From Camelus dromedarius (lineage: Eukaryota): a stretch of DNA of 64,000 nucleotides. How positions within the stretch are numbered: the first letter of the stretch is position 1; each line of letters opens with the position of its first letter. This document shows positions 37,795 to 49,694 of this stretch, in pieces. Made by a program: the position numbers and the translations under genes. The stretch spans positions 106,456,001 to 106,520,000 of the forward strand of contig NC_087437.1 of NCBI RefSeq assembly GCF_036321535.1. Direction: 5' to 3'. Under the pieces are notes generated by a model. The model worked only from the letters and a program-made list of their open reading frames with translations, searched no databases and was not told the DNA's origin.

Positions 37795-38260
37795 ACTCCA
37801 TGCCCTTGCCGGCAGGGAAGGCCACGTGACTGACATGCTTCCGCATCACAGACGCCAAAAGACCCCTGCCTGGACTTCCAGGTGGGGCTCTGAGGAGGGC
37901 TTTTCCTTTCCAGATGAGAAGGTTCCTGCTGATGTTCAGAGCGCTTTTGTTCTTTTACCTTCTACTTTCTCTCCATCTGGAGGGGCGACAGCCATCTGTC
38001 AACTGTTAGGTGACAAACATTAGTTTGCAGAAGCTGATTAGGATGCTGGGGTGGAAAGATACAAAAAGGTGGTATCTCTGTATCACAGCAGCAGCCCAGC
38101 GCTCCAACCACTAACGACTGTTTATTTTTTTTTAATTTTTTTAAAACTGAAGTTATGGTTACCAGGAGGAAAGGGGTGGGAAAGGATAAATTTGGGGGTT
38201 TGAATTTTGCAAATGTTAACGACTGGGTTTTGGTTATCTGTAGCTAAAAGCCTCCCTTGT
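37795..38260. mobile_element. MLT1-like (MaLR) LTR remnant interrupted by a mini L1
   Basis: ggccacgtgact...ctggaggggcgacagccatct...ggtggaaagatac...ttatctgtagctaaaagc. Confidence 0.5.
38121..38216 (-). mobile_element. Miniature inverted L1 insertion
   Basis: T-rich tail plus aaaactgaagt, then sense tatggttaccaggaggaaaggggtgggaaaggataaatttggg. Perfect TSD taacgactg (38112-38120 / 38217-38225). Confidence 0.8.
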
Positions 38261-38789
38261 AAACTGTCACAAGCTTACCCCCCCGCCCGCCCCAGGTCAC
38301 ACTCCTGCTGTAGGAAGATAAGGACTAACCTGAGAGACCAAAAATTCATGACTCAGGCATTAAGGGTGAGCTAGACAGGTCACAGCCTTAATCTAAACTA
38401 GGATGTACCATCCTTCTTAGACATTTAACAAATGCCTATTCTGGGCAAGAGCATCTACACTAATTCCCATGTAGCAGACACACTGAGTACTAAATGCTTC
38501 AGAAGTTCAAAGGGGAAAGTGAACATTGTGAGCTAGAGGTGTCTGAGCAGGTGGGACATAAAAAGTGGGTGTGAGGACCAGGTGGGGATACCCAGACAAT
38601 GCCCAACCAGGAACAGCAAGTACACGGGCTTGACTACACCGGACTTTCACACAGGCTCTGAGCTTGACAGTGAGGGATATGCAACTGGGGAGACCAGCTG
38701 TTCAGATACTTTTTCTTTAGTCAGTGAATAGTGAAGTCTTGGATTGAGAGGGAGATGTAAATTGATAATAAGCAAAAAAAGTGGTAATG

Positions 38790-39900
38790 CATTAATTCAC
38801 TCATCCATCGAGCCACTCTATTAAGCACATGTCCATGCCACATACCAGTGATTCAATCAACGATGCTGACCGTGCTTTAACCAAGTGCCTGGTGCTGTTC
38901 CGGATGCTAGAGGTAGACGGCTGAACGTGATAAAGCTTCTGCTTTCTTGGAATATGTTTTAGTGGGGGACGCACCATATGAGCAAATATTAAATAAGGGG
39001 AAAAAAAACTATTCGCAAGTATGGCAGAGAAAAGAAAGCCCTATGTGTTAACCAGTGGCTACAACAGATGTGTGTCCCGGGGGTCAGGGGCAGCATTTCA
39101 ATAGGATGGTCGGGGAAGGCCACTGAGAAAGTGTTGTGGGCACAGAGACTTGGAATGCTGAGAGAGTCGAGGCGGGCAGATGGTTAAGACAGGTGTGAGA
39201 GCATGTGCAAAGGTCCTGGCATGAGGGTGAGCTCAGCATCATCAAGGAAAAAACACGACAAAGAGCCAGTGAGCTTGGGGGAGCAAGGCAGGAGAAGTGT
39301 AAGTTAAGGTGATGGAGACAGACAGGTGGGACAATACCCTGCAAGGCCATGTTGGTTATGGTAAGAAATAGCACATTTACTTATGTGCAATGGAAATGAC
39401 TCAATCAGATTTGTTTCGAAGATGGGTCTGGTTGCTGGGTAACCAGCAGGGAGAGTGGGCTCTGCGGAGACCGGAGTAGAACCTGGGAATCTGGTTAGGG
39501 ACATTGTGTCGGGAGCTGGAGACACACTGGGGGACAAGGAGAACTCCCAGGGGCTAACAGCCAAAAGGACAGACAGCGACCTCATCACCCATGTAAGTGT
39601 TAACTTTCTATTGTTGTAACAATTATGAGTAGATAACAGTTCTGAGCAGATCTGGGGTGTACAGCAAGGCATCTACTAGGAAGGTCTCTGAAACGTGCCC
39701 TAAATAAAACCCAAAGTTAATGAAGTCTGGGGGCCAAGGACAGCTCTCCACAAGGCAGAGTGGGTAGAGCATGTGCAAAGGCCCTGTGCTGGGGAAGAGG
39801 GAAACCTGAGCACCAGAAACAGAATCAGCTGACAAGAGCACAGAGAGTGCTCAAAGAAGGACAAATGAGCAATGCATGGAGCAGGGGGTGACAAACCACA
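38790..39900 (+). mobile_element. L2 LINE 3' fragments
   Basis: ttcactcatcc...gtgcctggtgctgttc...ggtcggggaaggccactgag...gcatgtgcaaaggtcctgg (a related motif recurs at ~39770). Confidence 0.6.
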
Positions 39901-39924
39901 GCCCAGGACGCGTTCCTGTACATG

Positions 39925-40075
39925 TTGTGAGCTCAGGGTGATATTTATATTTTTAAAGTGCTGAAGGAAGGGGAAAAAAACCAGAAAGAAAAACAGGTAA
40001 CAGAGACTGCATGTGGCCTGCAGAGGCTCAAATATTTATTATCTGGCTCTTTATAGAAAGACTGCTGACCTCTGG
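39925..40075. mobile_element. MER58-family short element
   Basis: acagagactgcatgtggcctgcagaggctcaaatatttattatctggctctttatagaaag...ctgacctctg. Confidence 0.65.
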
Positions 40076-40304
40076 CATAGAAGGTGGGCTGGGGGTGGGG
40101 GGTGGGGTAATGCGACGAGTGAGAGGCTGGGCTGTGTCCTGATTTGAGGACAAAGAGATACAAGAAAACAAAGTGAGAGGCCTCATGGGCTCTAGGATGT
40201 CCAAGTTCTAAAACTTGTTCTGCATGGCAGAAACAACAGTGACCCCTACCTCCTGCCCTCTTCCGAGTGGGCAGAACACAGGCTCCAAGGAAGCAGGGCG
40301 CTTC

Positions 40305-40530
40305 AGCACAGTGGAGTGATTAGAAGTATGAACTCTGGGGCCAGCCCCCCTGGATTTGAATCTCAGCTGTGTAACCATGAGCAAATTGCTTAACCTCTCT
40401 GTGCCTCCTTATCCTCATCTGTAAATGGCAAATTTATAACAGTAGTTTCATGGGGTATGATAAGGAACAAATGGGTTAATATTTGTCATGCCCTCAGAAC
40501 AGCACCTGACCCACAGTAAATACTGCATGA
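40305..40530 (+). mobile_element. MIR SINE
   Basis: ctggatttgaatctcagct...gcaaattgcttaacctctctgtgcctc...cctcatctgtaaatgg...cagaacagcacctgacccacagtaa. Confidence 0.8.
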
Positions 40531-41563
40531 GAGAGAAATAAAACCAAGACCACATGCACAGTGCTCGGCACAGCATGTGACTCAGGTGTGTAAGAGAATG
40601 AATGGCCTCATGACTGAATCCCACGGAGATATTCCTCCAGAACACTCAGAATCTGTGACAATTACATGCACAGCTTGATTTTCCTTATTAGAAAACATAA
40701 AAGAGTCAGATGTCAGGCAGTCCTAGGAAAGATCTTAAGAGAGGGAATACAAAAGGACTTAATCATTAAAGTAAAAAACAAAAACAAAACCCAAGAAAAC
40801 TCCACAAACCTATGTTACAGATTATGTTTTCAGAATTCTATTACTACATGGCACCCTTATATGAACAGAAGACTGCAGAATCCAGTGTGAAATTCATGTG
40901 TGTATTGGCCACTAAGATTCCTGCCAATTCCAAGAATAAAACTAATGGTATTCATTGGAAGATGCTAGGCATGAAAGAAAAGTTAAGGAAGATGATAAAA
41001 GTGATGACTTAGCATAAAATCAACTTTTCTTCATATCAGCTTTTAAATGCTGCCCTGTTTAATTCAGTGAATGTCTAAAAAAATAAGAAAAGGAAAGAGA
41101 TAAGAGAAGCATTAAAGCAAGGTTTAGTGTAAGCAGCAACACTGGTTTAGAACATTTGAAAAAGAATTTCTCTTTTCTCGGCCTTCTCAGTACATACTCA
41201 TAGTAAGAAGAATATTCCAGGAATAAACAATCTAAATAACATCTCTAGGACATAAGATGAATCCAAGGATGGGCAGGTTCTAGGAAACTTAAGTGTATCA
41301 GTGTCATGATGCAAAAAGGACTGTTCTGAAACAGAAGAATTTAGGATATAAGATGTTAGTCCAGGTCCTGCACGGGATCTGGTGTGGAAAAGTGAGCAGG
41401 GAAGCCCATGTCTCAGGCTTTGGGAAAATCTAACTATCTGACGATATTTTGAAAGTATCGTTAATTTCGTGGGTGAGATGGTGTCAATTTGGGCTCTGTA
41501 GAAAATGTTCTTGGATTTTTGAGATGCAGACCAAAGTATTTAGTATACTTACTATCTGAACTT

Positions 41564-41617
41564 TACTTATTTTTAAATTTATTTTATTTTTTAATTGAAA
41601 TACCATTAGTTCCAATG
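41564..41617 (-). mobile_element. Extremely 5'-truncated L1 (about 54 bp)
   Basis: T-rich tail plus aattgaaataccattagttccaatg between perfect 11-bp TSDs tatctgaactt (41553-41563 / 41618-41628). Confidence 0.75.
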
Positions 41618-42670
41618 TATCTGAACTTAAAATCATGAAAATTCAAAGAGGGAAAATGATACTCTAGCAAGAGCACAGAAACATCAAGCTTGGAATGTAG
41701 TTACAGTAAGAAGCTAAATTGCTTTTTTAAAGACTATCTAGGAGGCAAGAAAAGTCATATATAATCAAAAGCAGGTTGTTTTCCTGACAGCTTCATGAAC
41801 CAACTAGGATTAAAGAGAAGCACCGAAGGTGATAAAAACTTTGAGTCATTTTAAAATCTTGATATGCGAAACAAAAACTTGGTTACTCAGACCCTATGCC
41901 AGGAAACTTTGAATGAGCTGATTCCTCGTGTCCAAAGACTTGGTTGCTGGAAAGTATAGGTGATCTGTGTACATTTGGGGTGGAGAATGATCATGAAATA
42001 TATGATCTTCGGCCATTTAACATGTTTGAGTGGGTTCTAGGCTTTAGAGGGTCTGTTCCAGACACTAAAGTTATTGCTGAGAATAAAAAAGACAAAATTC
42101 CCTCCTGGTACTTATATTCTACTGGTGGCAGAGGTGAAGATAAAAGAAACCAAAGCAGATATTATACCATCATATATACAGCTGACAGGTGACAGGTGAC
42201 AATGACTATGGAGAAGCTGAAAGCAGAAGGCTAGGTAAGGTACCCTGGAGTCGGTTCTTCAAGGACTGTTATAGAGTTTTAAAGAGAGGATTAAGAGAAC
42301 ACGCCCTAAACAGGCACCCTTTCAGCTGAGGCTACGTAACTAGCATCCTTTTCCACTGCATCTGTACACCTAGGGACTAACGCAAAGCTGTAGGTGGTTT
42401 GCGCACGAGATGGCCACAGAGCAAGACACCAGCCTGACCATTCTTTTGGGGACACCTTATGAAGTACCTGCTCCTTAGAAAGGAGAGAAGCTCCCTGCTT
42501 CGGTGGTCCCCACCTCATGTCTCCTGTGAAAAAATCAGCCATTCTACTTGGGAAGCAACAACAAGCACCTCTGCTCCTCCCTCCGGCACATGCAGAACCC
42601 GCCTGGAGCCCTCGTCCTGTCCCAGATTCTCGGGGCGAGGGTGGGGTGCATCCCCAGGAAGAAACAGATA

Positions 42671-43143
42671 CAGGCATATCTCGTACTGCGCTTTTCACAA
42701 ATTGCAGGTTTGCGGCAGCAAGTCTGTCTGCGCCAATAGCGTTTTTCCAACAGCATTAGCTCACCTTGTGTCTCTGAATCACATTTGGGTAATTCTCACA
42801 GTATTTCAAACTTTTTCATTATTATTATATTTGTTATGGTGATCTGCGATTAGTGCTCTCTGATGTTAACTACTGCAAAAAGATTACAACTCATTGAAGG
42901 CTCAGATGGCAGCATTTTTTTTTTTTTTTTAGCAATAAAGCACTTGTTAACTAAGGTATGCATACTGTCTTTTTCAACAAAATGCTACTGCCTACTTTAA
43001 ACAGACTACAGTATAGTATACACGTAACTTTTAAGTTATATGCCCTGGGAGATCAAAAAATTTGTGTGACTCGGTTTTTTTGTAATACTTGCTTTATGTA
43101 GTGGTCTGGAACGGAACCCACGACTGTCTCCGAGGTCCGCCCG
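42671..43143. mobile_element. Non-autonomous Tigger1 derivative (Tigger1a_Art-like, TcMar)
   Basis: TA|caggcatatctcg start; aaaagattacaactcattgaaggctcagatg; end gtggtctggaacggaaccca...ctccgaggtccgcccg as a degenerate TIR. Confidence 0.8.
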
Positions 43144-43249
43144 CACACCTACACCCATCCTCAGGTGGTACGAAGTACCATTTATCCCTAAGGGAAAGCA
43201 AGCCACAAGGCTCCCTTGTCTTTTTGTTCTGAGGGCTTAAAATAAGTAC

Positions 43250-43727
43250 TTTATTCTATTTTACTTATTTATTTTTTATTGAAGTACAGTTGATTTACAA
43301 TGCTGTGCTAGTTTCTGGTGCACAGCACAGTGATTCACGTCCACACACATATATTTTCTTTTTCATTATAGATTATTACAAGATACTGAAATACAGTTCT
43401 TTGTGCTATACAGTAGGACCTCGTTGTATATCTATTTTATATATAGTAGTTTGTACCTGTTAGTTCCAAACCCCTAATTTATCCATCCCCCTCTTTTTCC
43501 CCTTTGGTAATCATAATATATTTTACTTCTGGAATGATTACCACAATAAGTGTAGCAAACATCCATCATTTCATATGCATACAAAATTAAAGAAATAGGA
43601 AAAAACCACATATTTCCTTGTGATGAGAACTCTTCGATTTACTCTCTTAACAACTTTCACATGTAACATACAGCAGTGTTAATGACCTTTACCACGTCCT
43701 ACATGACCGCCCTAGCACCTATTTATT
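43250..43727 (-). mobile_element. L1 3' end(s), apparently two different 3' UTR types joined
   Basis: ttattgaagtacagttgatttacaa...cccctttggtaatcataa followed by aatgattaccacaataagt...gtgatgagaactctt. Flanked by aaataagta direct repeats. Confidence 0.7.
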
Positions 43728-46700
43728 GAAATAAGTATTTGAAATTATGCAGTGGAGGTAAAGACAAAAGGTGAAGACAAGGGTAGCCTGTTACTGTCAA
43801 GAAAGCCGTGGATCAGCCAGAATATTTAGGAAAAGCACGTTTTGAAGAGATGGAACTTTCAGTTCATGTTCCATTAGTGAGCCTACTTTCTTCCTCCTTC
43901 AACAAACAAGGCCATGTCCTTGCCTCGGTAGGTAAGTGTATCTTTACAAAGCACCTGTAGCTGACATCTAAGAACTGTGTAGAGTCAAAATGCCGAGTAT
44001 CGACACTCCTTGTTCAACACGACAAATGCAGGAGGCACAGGGCAAGGGAATGAATGTGGAGGCACATTCCTTCTTAGGTAGAACTGCTAAGAACACCTGC
44101 TTTTGTGAATCCTTCTCCTTTTCTCAAGGAAAAATTATGCTGCACTATACTGCGGTCAATTGAATGTTCTTGTTCTCTGGGTAGTTGAGAGGAGGTACCG
44201 GGTAATAATTATTTTCGGAAGCCACCCATCAGCTCTGGTGTGACCGTGAGCAAGTGACTTACTCTGCTGTGACTTAGCTCCTTCATTTAATGTGGGATGA
44301 CACCACTCCCCACCGCAGGAGATGCTGTGAGCAGTTCACGTATGTCAAGCACATGGTGGGAGCCAAACACTGTACCTATTTGCTGTTATTAAGACTATGG
44401 CGTAATTTTTATTTATAATATAAATGTTTTTTCCCTTTTTAATGTTGCTAGGTTTTGAAAATAGTCTAAATGAAAGTATTGTTTTTCATATACAGTGTTT
44501 TCTTTGGGGTTTATTATTTCAGAAAAAAAAAAAATCTAAAAAGACCTATTACTTATTGGGTCCTATGCCTCGTGGAGTTCCAATCACTGACCGCAGGCTC
44601 AGAGTCCTGCAGGGACAGACACGGAGACGTGCATAAAGGGGCGTTCTAAGAGTTGTGCACATCAACTGCAGCAGATTAGCCGTTAAGAGGACCTGGGAAG
44701 GACAGGACGAGGAGGTAACAGGCGAACTGGGAACTGATGAGTGAAAAAACGTCGGCAGAGAAGATGATGCAAAGGGCACCGCAGAGAGAGGGAGGGGCAG
44801 CTCTGACACAGCATCCGCAGCGAGCAGCTCAGGGAGGCTGGAGGCTGAGACTGAACACCAGGAAGTGAGCAGAACGCAGACTCCGGGTATATTATGAAGG
44901 ACTTCGCTTTAAAGGCTAACAAGTTTGCCCTCACCTACCAGCAGTGCAGAGCCCGGCAGAAAGGCTTTAACAGAAGAGTGGCAAGATTTGCTGCATTTCC
45001 ACAGGTATAAGCTGGCAGAGGATGAAGGACAGATCGGGATGGGGAGTGTGACACGTGGGAGGGAGAGAAGGCTCTCGAGGAGTCCAGTCGAGGAGACAGG
45101 AAATCAGAGCTTCGAGAAAACAACATGACAGAGCCGATGACCATCTGGATGGAGGGGGTTAGTGAGAGGGGGAAGCCAATGCCCCAAGAGGGAGAACCTG
45201 GCTGGAGAAGAGTCACTCATGGTAACAGAGGATACGGCGGGAAGAATGGATGGCCACGGACGGAATGGACGGGCCCAGCTCTGACCATGACGGATTTCAG
45301 ACGCTGTAAGGACCTGACGCAGAGGCCTCCAGTGGGCAGCTGCAAATGCAGCATGAGAAACTTGGGACACAAACGCACAAATCTGGGAGGCACTGTTCTT
45401 CCACTTCCATTACGTAAACGGCACTGCACGTTTTTGTTGCTGATTTTTAAAACTGAAGAGCTACCATTCTTGAAGGACCCCAGATGGCCGCTCACTTTCC
45501 GCATTGCTGATGTCCTGTTACGATACTTTATGTAACTAGAAACAGAATCTAGCCTTCTGCAGTCTAATTAGGCCCTTCCTCCCTGCTCCCCTCATGCTCT
45601 ACACACACAATTCATGCTGCTTCCCAACACAGAGATCGATGTGAAGAATTCCCTGCGAGGACGGTCTCGAGTTCTGATTAAAGGGCCTGATCAGGACATT
45701 CCACTACGTTTAAAACTACAGCGTAAAACAAGCCATTCAGTCAAATGCGTTGGTGCTTACAGACCGTGGACCAGGCTTTCCGCTAGCTCTGAGGCTCTAA
45801 AAGAGAAACAGATAAGGTCCTTGCTCTTAGGGAGCTTACACTCCACCGGGGGAGAGAAAGAGCATAAGAAAATAAAATAGAAAAGGTGCACTTAGTGTCA
45901 AGGCCAAATAAGTAAGCTGCTAAGGTTGAGACTATTGGGAGGGGGGTGTTTTGAAAAGATTGATCTGGGGAACTCATTTCGAGAAGCTGAGGCTGAAGGT
46001 GAAGAGAAACCCAGACAAGTGGGGAAAAAACCATTACAGAGAGAGACTCAGCAGTCTTGGGGTGAGGGAAGCCTACCGTGCTGAGTCGTGTGACGCAGAG
46101 TCAGCAGTGGGGAGGGAGGTATGGGGTGCTGTTGAAGAGCTAGAGAGAAGCCGGGTGAAACAGCTTAATACTAAGAAGAATGTGGACCAGGGTCTGGCAC
46201 AAAGAACATGTTCAGTAACTGTGACCCATTAACATCAAACTCAGCATCGCCACAAAAGGCCTCATTATATTTTCTGTGTGTATTTGTGTTTTTGAAGTGT
46301 ACTGGAAAGCCACTCTCACGCCTTCATCTGGGGAGTTCCATGATCGGCTTCATGTACCCTCTGCACACTCCACATCCTGGCTGCTGTACAGAGAATGGCT
46401 CAAGGTGTGTGTGTGTGGAAAGGGCGGGTCCACAGGGAAGAGACAGTGGGAGCAGAAGTTAGTACAGTGACACCAACAAAAAATAATGGTAGTTTAGACT
46501 AGGATTATACTGGAAAAAATGGAAAGAAGTGCATGAATCCAGAACTGAAAGGATTTGTGCAAGGGAAAACAGGAGCCCAGGTTCTTAGCTTTAATTTCTA
46601 GGAGCCATTACTGACTTAGAACAGCTCTGAGAGAACCATGGTGGGTGAGGGAGGGTGGGAATTAAGAACTCTCTTTTGGACATGATAGAATTCAAATGTC

Positions 46701-46764
46701 TATGAAATATCCAAGTAGAGTTTGAGCTGGAGAAATAAACCATGACCTACTGGACTTACAACTG

Positions 46765-47229
46765 TTTTTTGTTTTTTGCTTTCATATTCCTTTTCATTGA
46801 AAGTTATTACAAAACAGTGAATATAGTTCACTGTGCTATACAGAGAAATTTGTTTTTTTAAATCTATTTTTTACATATAGTGGTTTACAAAACTCAAACT
46901 CCCAAGTTTATCCCTTCCCACACCCCCCCTTTCCCCTGGTAACCATAAGATTGTTTACTATGTCTGCAAGCCATGGAAGCAACCAAAATGTCCATCGACA
47001 GATGACTGGATCAAGAAGTTGTGGTATATTTACACAATGGAATACTATGCAGTGATAAAAAAGAACAAAATAATGCCATTTGCAGCAACATGGATGGACC
47101 TGGAGATTGCCATTCTAAGTGAAATAAACCGGAAAGAGAAAGAAAAATACCATGTGATATCACACATTTGTGGAATCTAAACACAAAAAAAGAAAGAGGA
47201 CACTAATGAACTCATCTACAAAACAGAAA
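46765..47229 (-). mobile_element. 5'-inverted (twin-primed) L1 fragment inserted in an L2 remnant
   Basis: Antisense 46765-~46966, sense ~46967-47229. TSD acaactg (46758-46764 / 47230-47236). Confidence 0.8.
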
Positions 47230-47520
47230 ACAACTGGTATTTAAAGTCAAGGGCATCGATCACAGCAACCAGGGACAAAGGGCCAATAAGGGAAATACTC
47301 TAATAAGCCACAAGAAATAACCATAGTCAGGAAACTAAAGAACAATATTTAAGAAACAACAACAAAAACAGTGATGGCAGGATGGTTGAAAACAAAAGAA
47401 TAAAAACCCTCCAAAGCTTTGTGCAAAGGAGGTATAGGAAAAACAGATTGGAAATGACAATGACAGACAAATTATGTACGAGAAAGGGTTTCTGAGAAAT
47501 AGCAAAGATAACTGGTTATT

Positions 47521-47912
47521 AAGTAAAGTAAGCCAGAAAGAGAAAGCATACCATATGACATCACTCGTATGAGGAATCTAAAAAAACTACACAAATGAAC
47601 TTATTTACAAAACAGAAAGAGACTCACAGACATAGAAAACAAACTTAAGGTCACCGGGTAGGGGAAAGGGAGTGGGAAGGGATAAACTGGGGTTTGAGAC
47701 TTGCAGATACTAACTACTATATCTAAAATAAACAGCAAGTCTCTACTGTTTAGCACAGGGAACTACAGTCAATGTCTTGTAGTAATCTATAATGAAACAG
47801 AATATGAAAACAAAGATGTGTATGTGTATGTATGACTGATACATTACGCTGTACACCAGAAATTGACCCAACACTGTGAACTGACTATGTTTCATTTTAA
47901 AAAAGGGAAAAA
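47521..47912 (+). mobile_element. 5'-truncated L1 3' UTR
   Basis: aagtaagccagaaagagaaag...cagaaagagactcacagacatagaaaacaaac...tagcacagggaactac plus A tail. Degenerate TSD aaagataactggtt / aaagataatcagtt. Confidence 0.85.
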
Positions 47913-48946
47913 AAAGATAATCAGTTCTAAGGGCTTATTAACACTAAGGTGCTTTATATGGAAATTTCTACCCTGTGTATATTTAGAATCCTGAACCCAG
48001 AGGCCACCTGGGCCTGTCTGTACAGCACCTTGGTAAGGCAGATGAGGAAGAGTCCTACTCTGTTAACTAATACCAATGACGGAACAAAAACATACTCAGT
48101 CCTATGTAGGAGTCATGGCCAAAGGTCACAGATATTTTACTGGCATTCGAGACAGTGATGGGACTACAGAGTCAATTTACCAATGTGCGTGTTGGGAAAG
48201 AACATTTCCAAATGGAAGGAAGTGGAAAGTCTATCTTGTAAGAATGGCCTTTGCACAAGTGTTGCCAAGTGTGCTTCAGCACCAATAATGAGCTGCATTC
48301 GAGGCTGGACTCTATGTGGATTAAGGTACATCGAGATGCTATAAAAGTGTGGCCTCAGCTCCTGATCCTCGGTGACTGGTTCTACCATCGTGAAATGACT
48401 TTAAATGCAATGTTGAATAAACATTTTCATAAACCAAAGTGCCTCATTACCACTTCGACATGTGTGCGACTCCTTGGCTCCAGTTTTCTAATAATTTCAA
48501 CTATAAAATTCTCCCAGGAACTACATGAGGCTAACCAGCCAACACTCAAAGGATGTACAAACACTTAAATGGACACACATGAACAGCATGTTCCAGGAGG
48601 TAAAGGATTAAAACTGTGATACAGATTTTCCTTCACTTATTGGTAGTTAAAGTTTAAGATAACATAATTCTTCTAAAACTGTTTCTGAGACACAATTTAA
48701 ATATAAAACTGAAGGTCTTCAAATATATAGAAGTTGAAAGTAGAATGACTTCACTGCTATTTGAACACCTATTCAATTTCTATTTAAAATCCAAAAGAGT
48801 CCAAATCAATTCACATTTTTACAGTCATTGTCCAATCCTAGGAAATCGTATTTTCTAGTATTTTTTGCTTCCTTAAAAATAAAAAGAATTCCTGTGTATT
48901 TAAAGTCATTAAATATCATTGGTTGCTTACTACCAAAACCTATTTT

Positions 48947-49073
48947 ACTTTATTTTGAAGGGAGGAGGTAATTAGGTTTGTTTGTTTGTTTGTTTGTTTA
49001 TTTAACAGGAGATACCTGAATTGGACCTTGTGCATGCTAAGCACGTGCTCTACCACTGAGCTATATTCTCCCC
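48947..49073 (-). mobile_element. Vic-1-like SINE with a damaged B-box region
   Basis: Reverse complement ggggagaatatagctcagtggtagagcacgtgcttagcatgcacaaggtcc...(aaac)n ctaattacctcc. TSD accaaaacc(cc)tatttt. Confidence 0.85.
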
Positions 49074-49542
49074 ACCAAAACCCCTATTTTAATAATGTTC
49101 TCAATATCATCTGGGACAGAAAGTGCTTAAGTCATCATCTATTATTATTGATTATAATAATTACAAGGCCTACAGTACTTTCTGAAGATCTAATTTAAAA
49201 GGAACACGTTATAATAGCCATGATTATCAAACCAGAGGTGAGAAGTCAGTCATTACACTTTAAGGAGAACTTTTTTACTTGACAGTGTGAGATCAAGGGT
49301 GGCAAAGTGAATTGATTAAGGAAACATCAGCCTCACACTGGCTGGCCCTCACTTACAATTCGACTGATGCATTATAAACCAGTCAGCTGTACATAGTTCA
49401 ACATGAATCCATATCTATTCTTTAACTCAGTTCTGAAGGTAGATACTATGTACAGGTTATTCCAATCTTTCCCATGTTAGATGTAAAGAAACAGGCTTAA
49501 GAAAAATATGTTAGGATCAAAGCACACTTTAACCCTTCCAGA

Positions 49543-49694
49543 GGGGAGGGAAATAGCTCAGTGGCAGAGTGCATGCTGAGCATGCAGTTGGTCCTGGGTT
49601 CAATCCTCAGTACCTCCATTAAAAAGATTAAGAAATAAATTAAAAAATTTAAAAAAATAAGTAAACCTAAGTATCCTCCTCCACCAAAAAAAAA
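49543..49694 (+). mobile_element. Vic-1-like SINE
   Basis: ggggagggaaatagctcagtggcagagtgcatgctgagcatgc...gtcctgggttcaatcctcagtacctcca...aaacctaagtatcctcc plus A tail. Confidence 0.85.

Noticed and set aside
40086..40107. G-quadruplex-like runs (also 6796-6820)
   Set aside because: Such motifs are common in mammalian introns. They lie on the template strand with no supporting context.
44540..45540. GC/CpG-richer stretch with several overlapping ORFs
   Set aside because: Not a CpG island. The purine-rich pattern resembles decayed L2 sequence, and the ORFs show no protein similarity I can recognise.
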